Assembly: GCA_964016885.1 (NCBI GenBank)
Contig: OZ024741.1
Span: 164,362,001-164,426,000, forward strand
Length of the DNA: 64,000 nucleotides
Direction: 5' to 3'
Origin: Eledone cirrhosa
Taxonomy: Eukaryota
In this document: positions 13,295 to 26,000 of the stretch, in pieces
Layout: every line of letters begins with the position of its first letter
Position numbering within the stretch: position 1 is the stretch's first letter
Notes under the pieces: model-generated
Seen by the model: only the letters and a program-made list of their open reading frames with translations
The model's database searches: none
What the model was told of the DNA's origin: nothing
Made by a program: the position numbers and the translations under genes

Positions 13295-13900
13295 TTTGTC
13301 CTAAGTAGCCTGGACTATTGCTCCCAGCTGTGGTCACCCCATAGTATCAAACTAACCACGGAACTTGAGACAATCCAACGAAGCTACACCAAGAGGATTG
13401 CACGATGAAGGAGATGAGCTACTGGCAGAGGCGAAAAGAACTGAAACTCTACTCCTTGGAACGAAGACGGGAGAGATACGCAGGGATATACATATGGAAA
13501 ATCCTGGAGGGACTAGCGCCAAACTTTGGTATTGAGAGCGGGACCAACCCCCGAACAGGACGCCATTGTGTGGTGACAAAGGTCCCGTCTTCCACATCTA
13601 GAACAAGAAGCAGATATTGCAATAGACTGGGGTTCAAAGGCCCTCAACTCTTCAACAAACTGCCGAGGGATTTGAGAGATCTACATGGTGTGGCCGTGGA
13701 TATTTTCAAGAAACTTCTCGACACCCTGTTATCCAGGATCCCGGATGAGCCCACATCACGGTACGAAGGTAACCTAAGGGCAGCAGCAACGAACTCCCTC
13801 TTACATCAATGGCCAGCCAACACAGGCTTGAGATAGAATGTGTAGCAACAAGGGCAGTCCCCAATCATGGTCTCAGCCGGATGGCTGGAACAGCTAAAAG
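13295..13900 (+). mobile_element. CR1-like LINE 3' fragment
   Basis: LDYCSQLWSP; MSYWQRRKELKLYSLERRRERY; GPQLFNKLP; FKKLLD. Same family as 15825-16155. Confidence 0.8.
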
Positions 13901-13928
13901 AGTATATATATATATTTAATATAGAAAT

Positions 13929-13980
13929 GGCTTCAACAGGACTAGAACTGTTTCATTCGGAGGAAATCATCAGAAAAGCC
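13929..13980 (-). ncRNA. Degenerate type I hammerhead ribozyme motif
   Basis: Minus strand: ggctttt CUGAUGA u-uuc-cucc-gaa-u GAAA cag-N8-cug UU gaagcc. Stem I needs a 1-nt bulge. Confidence 0.5.
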
Positions 13981-14097
13981 GACTGTCAATGTAATATGGT
14001 GGTATTTATACATTTTCTGGTGGTAGGGGAGGGTAGTAAATTGATGCTAAGTAGACAGACACTCCTAATTTTCAAGATTCATTTATTCCAAACAAAC

Positions 14098-14698
14098 AAT
14101 TAGGGTTCACCGGTGGTACAAACCCCTGCTGAAAATGTTTTCCCTTCGATTTATATGCAATTTAAACCATAGGTAAACGACAAGATATTCACATCATTTC
14201 AGCAAATTTCAATAAAATTACAATACCCTAATGGGGGTTAAACCCCCTATTAGGGTTCACCAGGGGGCACAAAATTCCCGCTGAAAGTTTTTTCGGTTCG
14301 ATTTATATTCAATTTAAACCATAGATAAATGAAGAGATATGATGCCTATTCACAAAATGTCTATACTATAAGACACCTTAATGGTGGTTAAACCCCCTAT
14401 TAGGGTTCCCCGGGGATACAAACCCCCACTGAAAACTTTTCCCTTTCGATTTATATGAAACTTAAACCATAGGTAAATGACAAGATATGATGCCTATTCA
14501 CAAAAGTTTTCAATTGATATTTTGAAAAAAATTATTTACAATACAAAAAATGATGTTTTCCAATTTTTCATGCATTATATTTTACATTGAGTAATATTGA
14601 GTTTTTCTCCATAAATTACATCACTGATTTAAAATCAATCATCATTTTCTTACAAAAAAAATGTGTGAAACGCAGCAAGGTGCTGGTAATTCGGCTAG
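14098..14698 (+). mobile_element. Element with three ~150-bp tandem units and a Helitron-like 3' end
   Basis: Units start ttagggttc at ~14100, ~14250 and ~14400. Ends with a short hairpin (cagca-agg-tgctg) followed by CTAG|T. Confidence 0.45.
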
Positions 14699-14734
14699 TA
14701 TATATATATATGTGAGTGTGTGTATATATATATG

Positions 14735-15345
14735 TGTGTGTGCTCATTATGTAGGAGAGGTGTAGGTAGAAACTCCATCCTCTGCCCCATATGCAAACTA
14801 TGGGTACACAAGAGATGTAGTGGGATCTCAGGAAGTTTAGTTAAGAATGTAGGCTTTACATGTAGCAGTTGCACCAGGACAGTAAGCAGGACAATCACTG
14901 AAAACAAGTGACATCAAAGTCTGGGAGGACTTGGTAAAAACAATACCGAATTAGCAGCGGGGTGGGGGGTGGGGGTTCTGAAAGAACGGGATGGAAGAAG
15001 TTGAGGGAGCTACTGCCACAGCTGGATACAAAAGGCTTTTCCCTCAGAATAAAAGGTAGACTGTATGATGTGTGCATATGAACGGCAATGTTGCATGGTA
15101 GTGAGAGCTGGGCGCTGTGTGTAGTAGACTTGCGTAGATTAGAAAGGAATGAGCTTGTATGCTCCGATGGATGTGTAATAGTAATATACGCGAACAGCAA
15201 AGCATAAACAAACTGAAAGAGAAACTAGGCATAAGAGGAATCAAATGTTGTGTGCAGGAGAGGAGATTATGTTGGTATGGACATGTGATTCGTATGAAGG
15301 ATGACAGCTACATAAAGTCCCAGAAAGACTTGAGATGAAGTGATA
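14735..15345 (+). mobile_element. RTE-type LINE 3' fragment with a Cys/His (PHD-like) segment
   Basis: CSLCRRGVGRNSILCPICKLWVHKRCSG...CSSC, followed by GWKKLRELLP, MLHGSESW, MLRWMC and RLCWYGHV. Confidence 0.75.
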
Positions 15346-15824
15346 AAAGCCGACCTTGCCCAATTGCACCTCTGAAAGGCAATGACACAGGACCAAGATC
15401 TCTGGTGTTGTGAGGTAATACAGAAACCCCAACTTCCCACGGGCCCAGGCCAAGGCTGAAACATACATACAGTATGCACCACACCATCCCACCCGCCAAT
15501 ATATCTTTCATGAGAACAGGCCGAAACACTGTAAAGTGGTCGTGATGGTGACACGGTAAAAAACACCCAGTCCACACTGTAAAGTAGTCGTGGAGGAATC
15601 ACAACAAAAAGCACCCAGTACTCACTGTAAATGAGCTTGGCATTAGGAAGGGCACCCAGCTGTAGAAACCAAGCCAAAATCAGTTCTTTATGAGCAAGAC
15701 ATGGTCACCTGACCTAACATTGCCAACAATAGAAGGCACATGGCTCAGTGGTTAGAGCATTGGGCTTGCAATTGAAAGGTTGTGAGTTTAATTCTCGGAC
15801 CAAATTTAAATTTTGAACACCAAG

Positions 15825-16155
15825 TTGAGGGCCTTTGAACCCCAGGCTATTGCAATAGCTGCTCCTGATTCTAAATGTGGAAGACGGGACCTTTGGTACC
15901 ACACAGTGACGTCCTGTTCGAGAATCGGTCCAGGTCTCGATGCGAAAGTTTGCTCTTAGTCCCCCCCCAGGATTTTCCATATGTATATCATTGCATATCT
16001 CTCCTGTCTTCATTCCGAGGAGTAGAGTTTCAGTTCTTTTAGACTCTCCCAGTAGCTTATCTCCATCGTGGCAACCTTCTTGGTGTAGCTTCATTGGATT
16101 GCTTCAAGCTCCATGGTTAGTTTGATACTATGGGGGTGACCACAGCTGGGAGCAT
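15825..16155 (-). mobile_element. CR1-like LINE 3' fragment
   Basis: Inverted homologue of 13320-13650 (RTGRHCVV.KVPSST). Confidence 0.75.
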
Positions 16156-16517
16156 TCATCATTTCATTTTACGTCCACTTTTTCCCTGCTTGCAAGGGTG
16201 GGACGGGAACTGATTCTGGCTTGATTTCTACAGCTGGATGCCCTTCCTAACACCAACCTCATTTACAGTGAGTGCTGGGTGCTTTTTTCCCGTGGCACCG
16301 CCACATCCACTTTACAGTGTGTGCTGGGTGCTTTTTTGCCGTGGCACCTCCACGACCACTTTGCAGTGGAATGATAGGGACCCCAGTCCTATCATCTCAT
16401 TTCTACAGCTGAGTAAACTGGAGCATGTGAAATACAGTGTTTTGCTCAAGGAAACAACACATCACCCGGTGTGAGAATTGAACTCATAACCTTTCGATTG
16501 CAAGGCCAATGCTCTCA
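16155..16517 (-). mobile_element. tRNA-derived SINE (second family)
   Basis: Near-identical to 22215-22552, with B-box gagttcaattc on the minus strand. An opposite-orientation relative lies at 15520-15800. Confidence 0.7.
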
Positions 16518-16699
16518 ATATGTATATATATATATATATACACACACGCACACACACACTAATATACACACACACACACACACATACTAATATACACACA
16601 CACACACACACACACATACTAATATACACGCACACACACATACTAATATATACACACACACACACACACACTAATATACACACACACACACACTAATAT

Positions 16700-16741
<42 letters not shown>

Positions 16742-16742
<1 letters not shown>

Positions 16743-16893
16743 AATAATTGTTTCTACTTTAGGCACAAGGCCAGCAATTACCCAGTACATTACTGGTACT
16801 TTATTTTATCGACCCCGTAAGGATGAAAGGCAAAGTTAACCTCGGCGGGATTTGAACTCAGACTGTAAAGGGACGTAACTATGCTAGAAAGCA
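16742..16893 (-). mobile_element. Cephalopod-type SINE copy
   Basis: Same core as 52965-55975; B-box gagttcaaatcc on the minus strand. Confidence 0.75.
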
Positions 16894-17471
16894 TAGTAAT
16901 AATAATACATATGAAGACTAAAATCCAAAGAGGGCTCGATAGGGATAAATATATATCAATTATATAAGAACCGTAGAGCAAATATTTATTAAAATAACAG
17001 ATTAAAGTTTAAGCAAAGAATCGGCTGCTTTCACCCTTAATGGGATCTTCTGAAACTAAAAAAAAAAAAATCAATCTGTGAACGCAGACGTAAATATTTC
17101 GAAAAACGTTGTAACCGAAGGAAGACAGGAAGACGATACTTTGGTTCGTGGAGACGTAGTTTTAGGTATTTCTTCCTGCTTGGTACGGGTATGTTCTTTG
17201 TAGAAATATTCAGATGTTGTTTCTGCATGATGAATATAAGTCAATAGAGTACTCAATCAAGGGAGCCAAATAGTAATAATAATAAATTTGAAGACTAACA
17301 TCCAAAGAGGGCTCGATAGGGATAAATATATATCAAATATATAAGAACCGTAGAGCAAATATTTATTAAAATAACAGATTAAAGTTTAAGCAAAGAATTG
17401 GCTGCTTTCACCCTTAATAGGATCTTCTGAAACTAAAAAAATCAATCTGTGAACGCAGAAGTAAATATTTC
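16894..17471. repeat. ~200-bp direct repeat, period ~377 bp
   Basis: tagtaataataat...gaagactaa.atccaaagagggctcgataggg...gtaaatatttc at 16894 and 17271. Confidence 0.85.
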
Positions 17472-18314
17472 TAAGCCGACCTTTCCCAATTGCACCTCTC
17501 AAGGGCAATGACACACGACCATGACCTCTGGCGTCACACAGTAATACAGAAGACCCGACTTTCCACACGAACATATTGACAATATTTGTTTTCCTTTGTT
17601 TTTTTATGTCCTATCAACTAATCCGACCTCCAAAATGCTTGCAATTGACTATTTTTTTAGCATATTAACAACAAATATGATGTCCACTGCAATTAAAAAT
17701 GACTAGCTTTGTGAATGGTTTTTCCACCCACTTTCTGCCTTCATTTTTCTACAAAGCTAATCATTGACGATAGGTTTCAAAGTTATATTCATTCATAATA
17801 TGTGAAAAAAATAGTCAACTGCAAGCATTGGTGTGATGTAAATGGTAGGAGTAGGTGTTCTGTAATAAATTTACCATATGGTGAAGTATGGTTATGGTGA
17901 AGTATATGGTGTGGATTGGGGGAGATTAATGTGCTGTGCTGTGCTTTCTTATAAGTAAGGATTTAAATTTCCACTTTGATTTATGTTAGAAAAAAAATTT
18001 TTCCTTCATTTTTGCCTGTGTTATCAACTTCCAAGAAGCTCGCAGTGGACTATGCTTTTAGCATATTATCAAAAAATATGACTTCCGCTGCAATAAAAAA
18101 TGACTAGCTTTGTAAATGGTATTTCCACCCACATCCTCCCTCTTTTTTCTACAAAGCTAGTCATTTTCGACAGTTTTCCATGTCATAATTATTGATAATA
18201 TGTGCGAAAAATAGTCAATTGCAGCACCTTTGATATCAGATTGGGTGGTAAGAACACACACACAAAAAAAAAAAAAGAGACAGAGAGAAAATTTTTCACA
18301 CTGAGATCAAAAGC

Positions 18315-19950
18315 ATGGTGTGTTAGTAGTTTTAGTGTTAGTGCTCAGATTAGTGGTTTATGGTAGTGTTAGTTTTAGTGGTAGTGTTAATGTTCAGGTT
18401 AATGTTCGTGTTAATGTCAGTTTTAGTGTTAGTGTTTACGGTAGTGTTAGTGCTAGTCTTTGTTTTTCTGTTAATGTTAGTGTTTATTTTAGTGTTGAGG
18501 TTAATGTTAGCTTAGTTTTCTGGTTAGTATCAGTTTTCGTGTTAGTTTTAATGTTAGTGTGCAGGTTAGTGTTAGTGTTTTTTTTAGTGTTAGTTTTTAT
18601 GGTAGTGTTAGTGTTACTGTTAGTGCTCAGATCTGTGTTACTGTTTATGGTGTTAGCCTTAGTACTAGTGTTTAGGTTAATGTTAGTTTTAGTGTAAGTG
18701 TTCAGGTTAGTGTTCAAGTTATGTTAGTGTTAGTTTTAGTGTTAAGGTTAGTGTTAGAGATTGTGTTAGTGTTTGTTTTTGTGTTAATATTTGTGTTAGT
18801 ATCTCTGTTAGTGTTAGTGTTCAGGTTAATGTTAGTTTTAGTGTAAGTGTTCAGGTTAGTGTTAGTGATTGTGTTAATGTTAGTGTTAGTTTTAGTGTTA
18901 AGGTTAGTGTTAGAGTTTGTGTTAGTGTTAGTATTTGTTTTTGTGTTAATATTTGTGTTAGTATCTCTGTTAGCATTATTGTTTGATGTTTCCATTAGTG
19001 TTAGTGTTAGTCTTTGTCTTTGTGTTAATGTTAGCATTAGTATTTATGTTAGTGTTAGCATGAGTGTTTGTGTTAGTGTTCAGGTTAATGTTAGCTTAGT
19101 TTTCAGGTTAGTGTTAGTGTTCAAGTTAATGTTAGTTTTAGTGTTAGAGATTGTGTTAGTGTTTGTTTTTGTGTTAATGTTTGTGTTAGTATCTCTGTTA
19201 GTGTTAGTTTTAGTGTTAGTGTTCAGGTTAATGTTAGTTTTAGTGTAAGTTTTCAGGTTAGTGTTAGTGTTCAAGTTAATGTTAGTGTTAGTTTTAGTGT
19301 TAAGGTTAGTGTTAGAGATTGTGTTAGTGTTAGTATTTGTTTTTGTGTTAATGTTTGTGTTAGTATCTCTGTTAGCATTAGTGTTTGATATTTCCATTAG
19401 TGTTAGTGATTGTGTTAGTGTTAGTCTTTGTTTTTGTGTTAATGTTAGCATTAGTATTTCTGTTAGTGTTAGCATTAGTGTTTATGTAAGTGTTCAGGTT
19501 AATGTTTGCTTAGTTTTCAGGTTAGAGTTAGTGTTCAAGTTAATGTTAGTTTTAGTGTTGAGGTTAGTGTTAGAGATTGTGTTAGTGTTTGTTTTTGTGT
19601 TAATATTTGTGTTAGTATCTCTGTTAGCGTTAGTGTTTGTTTTAGTCTTGAAGTTAATGTTAGCTTATTTTTCTGGTTAGTATCAGTTTTCAGATTAGTG
19701 TTTGTGTTACTTTTAGTGTTAGTGCTCAGGTCAGTGTTAGTGTTTATGGTAGTGTTAGTTTTAGTGCTAGTGTTCAGGCTAATGTTTGTGCTAATGTTAG
19801 TTTTTGTGTAAGTGTTCAGGTTACTGTTAGTGTTTGTATTAGTGTTTACGGTAGTGTTAGTTTTAGTGCTGGTGTTCAGGTTAGTGTTAGTGTCAGTTTT
19901 AGTGTTAGAGTTTGTGTTAGTTTTCTATTTAATGTTAGTTTTCATGTTAA
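18315..19950. repeat. Degenerate (GTTAGT)n hexamer satellite with higher-order repeats
   Basis: Visible directly; generates spurious LV/TN-rich ORFs. Confidence 0.95.
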
Positions 19951-21825
19951 CACTAAGTTCACTGTTAGAGCATGTGTGAGTGCAAGTGTTAGGGTAAGTG
20001 TTATTTTTAAAGTTCGGTTTTAGCTTAAAGTTAGGTTTTCTACTTTCCAGGAAAAAAGTTCATCCTCTCTAACTTGAGTGGTGTGATATAGTGTGGTAAA
20101 GTATAGTGTTTCATAGTCTTGTGTGGTGTTGTCTATTGTTGTATAGTGTAGTATGGTATATTGTTTCATAGCATGGTCTGATGCGAGGTCGTACAGTGTT
20201 TTGTAGTGTGGTGTTGGATAATCTGGTAGGGTATAATGTTTGTCAGTGTGGTGTGGTATGGTATAGGTTGATGTAGTGTGGCTTAGTTTGATTATAATAA
20301 TACAAATAATAATAACAATAATAATAGTACTAATAATTGTTTTCTTGTTCCTTTTGTTTGTCTTCTTCTGTGCCTTTGACTTCTTCTATGCCTTTGACTG
20401 CTTCTGTGCCTTTGACTTCTTCTGTGCCTTTGACTTCTCCTCTGCCATCTAAATACCAAAAACAAAGAATGTAAAACATATATGTTGCCTATCTCTCAGA
20501 CTTTACAAAGTGCTGAGGAGATAAAATTAATTTAAAGAGCAGTGTGCTCATGCACTGTGATCCTATAATGTAGCTTATAAGCTATTTCATAACTAAAAAA
20601 CAATGTCAAACATCAACAAAAGTATATACAAATATCTTTGAATGTTTAAGTTAAACCTAAATAGATCGTATCTACAGGTCATTAGGTTAAGACTGAACTA
20701 AGATCATATCTATAAATCATTAGGTTTAGACTGAACTGAGATCATACTTTCTTCTTCTTTTTGTCATCTTCGTTTCCCGTGTCTTCTTTGTCTTTGTTGT
20801 CATTTTCATTTTAGTCGTCTGCTTCGTCGTCTTTTTCTTCTTTTCCATCTAAATATAAAAAAAAATTGTAAACAAATATATAGCTGATCTCTCAGACTTT
20901 CACGAAACACCGAGGAGATACAGTTAATATAACGAGTGGGGAGCTCATATATATATATATATATATATATGGTATAGCATGGTGGTATGTGGTCTGGTGT
21001 GGTACAACATGGTGTGATGTGGTGTGGTATGATACGGTGAGGCGGGGATGGGGGGATGGGGGTGGACACAACGTTAGATTAATGTTAACAATACACATGT
21101 AGCATCCACATGTGATGAGAAGGGGGAAACAGTGTTTAACTAATTTTAACATTACATGTAGCATCCATCTACAGGTGATTAAGTTAAGACTGAGGTGTAA
21201 TCATATGAAAAGGTCAATTTAAAACTACACTGAGATCCTGCTTAAAATGATGGTCAATGAAGTGTTTACTTACTCAGATCCTTTGAAATAACTTTCTTTC
21301 TCTTACTGTAACTGGACATACCTACGAAATAGAAAACAGTCGAATAGACAGTGGTGTGGTGTGGTGTGGTGTAGTGTAGTGTGGTTTAGTGTAGTGGACA
21401 GTGGTGTGGTGTAGTGTAGTGGAGTGTGGTTTAGTGTAGTGGACAGTGGTGTGGTGTAGTGGAGTGTGGTTCAATGTAGGGTGGGGGATATGGTGTAGTG
21501 GAGTGTGGTGGTATGTAGTGTGGTAGCATGTGGTGTGATGGCATGTGATGTGATGTGGCGTGGTGAAATGTGATGTGATGTGATGAAATGTGGCGTGGCA
21601 TGGTGAAATGTGATGTGGCGTGGTTAAACGTGGCGTCGCGTGGTGAAATGAGGCGAGGCGAGACAAGACGAGAGGAGACGTGGTGTGATGGCGTGCGGAG
21701 TGATTTGATGTGGTGTGATGTGATGGCGTGCGGAGTGATTTGATGTGGTGTGATGTGATGGCATGCGGAGTGATTTTATGTGGTGTGATGTGACGTGAAA
21801 TTTTTTCATCCTATTTTTCATGTGC
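19950..21825. repeat. Copy 1 of a segmental duplication (copy 2 at ~26910-28695)
   Basis: Near-identical unique sequence offset by ~6.9-7.0 kb; for example taagttcactgttagagcatgtgtgag at ~19954 and ~26911. Confidence 0.92.
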
Positions 21826-22214
21826 TATAAACTTCCAAGAAGCTCGCAGTGGACTATGCTTTTAGCATATTAACAAAAAATATGACTTCCGCTGCAATAA
21901 AAAATGACTAGCTTTGTAAATGGTATTTCCACCCACATCCTCCCTCTTTTTTCTACAAAGCTAGTCATTTTCGACAGTTTTCCATGTCATAATTATTGAT
22001 AATATGTGCGAAAAATAGTCAATTGCAGCACCTTTGATGTCAGATTGGGTGGTAAGCACACACACACACACACACAGAAAAAAAAAAACAGGAAGAAAAA
22101 TGTTCTCACTGAGATTAATAGCATGGTGTGATGTAGTATGGTGTAGTTTGATGTAGTTTAATGTGGTATGGTTTTCAAACCTCCAACATGCTCACAGCCG
22201 ACTATGCTTTTACC

Positions 22215-22552
22215 ATCATCATCATCATCATTTTACGTCCACTTTTCCCTGCTTGCAAGGGTGGGACGGGAACTGATTCTGGCTTGATTTCTACAGCTGG
22301 ATGCCCTTCCTAACACCAACCTCATTTACAGTGAGTGCTGGGTGGTCTTTGCCATGGCACCTACACGACCACTTTGCAGTGGAATGATAGGGACACCAGT
22401 CCCTATCATCTCATTTCTACAGCTGTGGAAACTGGAGCAATGTGAAATAAAGTGTCTTGCTCAAGGAAACAACACACCACCTGGTCTGAGAATTGAACTC
22501 ACAACCTTTCGATTGCAAGGTCAATGCTCTAACCACTAAGCCATGTGCCTCC
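22215..22552 (-). mobile_element. Full-length tRNA-derived SINE
   Basis: Minus strand starts ggaggcacatggcttagtggttagagc (A box)...gagttcaattc (B box) and ends in a (GAT)n tail. Confidence 0.8.
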
Positions 22553-23094
22553 ATTACCATATTAACAACAAATATGACTTTAACTGCAATAAAAAATGAC
22601 AAGCTTTGTGAAATGTATTTCCACCCACTTTCCGCCCTCTTTTTTCTACAAAGCTAGTCATTTTCAATAGGTTTCAAAGTCTTCATCGATAATATGTGCA
22701 AAAAATAGTTAATTGCGAACACTTTTAATGTCAGATTGGGTGGTAAGCACACACACAAAAAAAGTCAAAAAAAAGCAGGAAGAAAATTGTTCACACTGAG
22801 TTCAATAGCATGGTGTGATGTAGTATGGTGTAGTTTGTTATGGTGTGGTTTGGTTTGGTGTAGTTTTGGTATGGTTTAGTTTGGTGTAGTTATAACATGG
22901 AAACCTATCATAAATTTACCAAGGTATGGTATAATCTGGTTTGGTGTAGTGTAGGTTAGTGTGGTGTGGTGTGTTATTGTGTTGCATCGTATAGCGTGAT
23001 TCTCTTTAAATTGAAATCATTAAAATGTAATGCCTATCTTCTATATCTTAAAGAGTGACCTTAAATGTGATTGCAAATGACTTTTTTCTCTGGA

Positions 23095-26000
23095 TTAATG
23101 TTAGATTTAGGGTTAGTGTTAGGGTAAGTTTTACTGTTAATGGTAAATTTATTGTTAGTGACTGTGTTACTGTTAGCATTACTGTCACTGTTAGTGTTAC
23201 TGTTACTCTTACAGTTACTGTTTGCGTTACTGTCTGCATCAGCGTTAGCATTTGCATAAGCGTCTATGTAAGCTTTTGTGTTAGTGTCTATGTAGACTGG
23301 TGTTAGCATCTGCGTTAGTGTTTGGATTAGCCTTAGTGTTTGCGTATGGTGTCAGCATCTATGTCAGCATTTGCGTCAGCGTCTGCATTGGTGATAGTGA
23401 TTGTGTCAGCATTTCCCTTAGCGTCTTAGTCAACATTAGTGTTAGCATTAGTGTTTGTTTCAGTGCCTACGTCTACATCAGCTTCTGAGTCAGCATTATC
23501 ATTAGCGTCCGCGTCAGCACTTGTGTCAGTGTCAGCGTTTGCATCAGCGTGCACGTCAGCATTTGCATTAGTGTTTGTGTCAGAGTTTGCATTTGTGTAG
23601 GGGTTAGCATTTGCGTCAGCATCTGCATCAGCATTCACATTAGCATTAGCGTTTGCGACAGCGTTTCCTTTAACGTCTTTGTCAGCATTTCCGTTAGCAT
23701 CTGTGTCAGTGTTTCCGTTAGCTTCTACGTCAGCATTTCCGTTAGCGTCTGTGTCAGTATTTCCGTTAGCTTCTACGTCAGCGTTTCCGTTAGCGTCTAC
23801 GTCAGCGTTTCCGTTAGCGTCTACGTCAGTATTTCTGTTAGCTTCTACGTCAGCATTTCCGTTAGCATCTACGTCAGCATTTCCGTTAGCGTCTATGTCA
23901 GCATTTCCGTTAGCTTCTACGTCAGCATTTCCGTTAGAATCTATGTCAGCGTTTCCGACCGCGTCTGTGTCAGCGTCAGTATTTACATCTACATCAGCGT
24001 CAGCGTTTCAGTTAACGTCAGTGTTTACGTTAGCGTCTGTGTCAGCGTTTACGTTAGCGTCTGTGTCAGCGTTTACGTGAGCATCTACGTCAGCGTTTCC
24101 GTAACGTCTACGTCAGCGTTTTCCGTTAGCATTGGCGTTTCCATCAACCTTTCCTGTGGCGTCCGCATCATTGCAGCGTCTGCATATCCCATGTAAGCGT
24201 TAACTTCAGCATTTGCATCAGCGTTAGCCTTAGCCTTAGCCCTAGCGTCCGCATCAGCATTTGCATTAGCGTCAGCATACACGTCAGCACCTGGCAATAC
24301 TGCCTCAACATTTGCGTCAGCGTTAGCTTGGCTTTGGCTTCAGCAATCCGCATCAGCAATTGCGTTTTGGAGATCAGCTTCGGCGGTAAGGGTAAACGCT
24401 AACTTCTACGCCTGCTTCTACGTAACAACTACGTCAGAGTTTTGTTAGCTTCTACGTCAGCGTTTACGTTAGCTTCTACGTCAGCTTCTACGTTAACATC
24501 TACGTCATTGTTTACGTTAGCTTCTACATCAGCATCTACATTAGCTTCTACATCAGCGCTTACATTAGTGTCTGTGTCAGCGTTTGTGTTAGCTTCTACA
24601 TTAGCGTCTGTATTTACATCTACACCACCGTCAGCGTTTACATTTGCGTCTGTGTCAGCGTTTACGTTAGCTTCTACGCCATCGCTTACATTAGCGTCTG
24701 CGTCATCGTTTACGTTAGCGTCTGTGTCAATGTGTTAGCATCTGTGTCAGCGTTTATGTTAGCGTCTGCGTCAGTGTTTATATTTGCATCTGCGTAAGTG
24801 TTTACGTTAGCATCTGTGTTAACATGTGTCAGCGTCTGCGTCAGCATTTTCATTAGTGTTTGCATCAGTGTTTGCTTTAGCTTCTACGTCAATGTTTACG
24901 TCTGCGTTAAGGTTCACATTAGCATCGCTGTCATCATTTGCATCAGCATTTGCGTTTGCTTTAACATCTGCATCAACATTTGCATCTGTGTTTGCATTAG
25001 TGTCTGCATTTGCTTTAGTGTTTGCATCAGTGTGAGCATTTGTGTCAGTGTCCACGTCAGAGTCTGTGTAGCATTTACATCAGCGTGTGCATCAGAGTCT
25101 TTGTCAGCATTCGCCTTTGCACCTGCATCAGTATTCACGTTAGTGTTTGTGTCAGCGTAAGTGATTGTGTCAACATTTGTGCTAGCGTTTGTGCCAGCAG
25201 AGCCATCTTCGTCAGTGTCAGCTTTGGCGTTAGTGTTTCCATTAGTGTTCATGTTAGTGTTTGATTTTGTATTAGTGTTAGCAATTTTGTTAGTGTTAGT
25301 GCTAGCATTTTTGTTAGTGTTAGTGTTCAGGTTAATGTTGACTTAGTTTTCTGGTTATTGTTAGTTTTCAGGTTCGGGCTCATGTTACTTTTAGTGTTAG
25401 TGCTCAGGTTAGTGGTTTATGGTGGTGTTAGTGTTACTGTTAGTGCTCAGATCAGTGTTACTGTTTATGGTAGTGTTAGTTTTAGTGCTAGTGTTTAGGT
25501 TAATGTTAGTTTTAGTGTAAGTGTTCAGATTAGTGTTAGTGTTCAAGTTATGTTAGTGTTAATGTTAGTTTTAGTGTTAAGGTTAGTGTTAGAGATTGTG
25601 TTAGTGTTTGTTTTTGTGTTAATATTTGTGTTAGTATCTCTGTTAGCATTAGTGTTTGATGTTTCCATTAGTGTTAGAGATTGTGTTAGTGTTTGTTTTT
25701 GTGTTAATATTTGTGTTAGTATCTCTGTTAGCATTAGTGTTTGATGTTTCCATTAGTGTTAGTGATTGTGTTAGTGTTAGTGTTTGTTTTTGTGTTAGTA
25801 TCTCTGTTAGTGTTAGTTTTAGTGTTAGTGTTCAGGTTAATGTTAGTGTTAGTTTTAGTGTTATGGTTAGTGTTAGTATTTGTTTTTGTGTTAACATTTG
25901 TGTTAGTATCTCTGTTAGCATTAGTGTTTGATGTTTCTATTAGTGTTAATCTTTGTTTTTGTGTTAATGTTAACTTTAGTATTTCTGTTAGTGTTAGCAT

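Noticed and set aside
22480-22552. tRNA gene
   Set aside because: The A/B boxes belong to a SINE head that continues into a SINE body; no proper cloverleaf or terminator.
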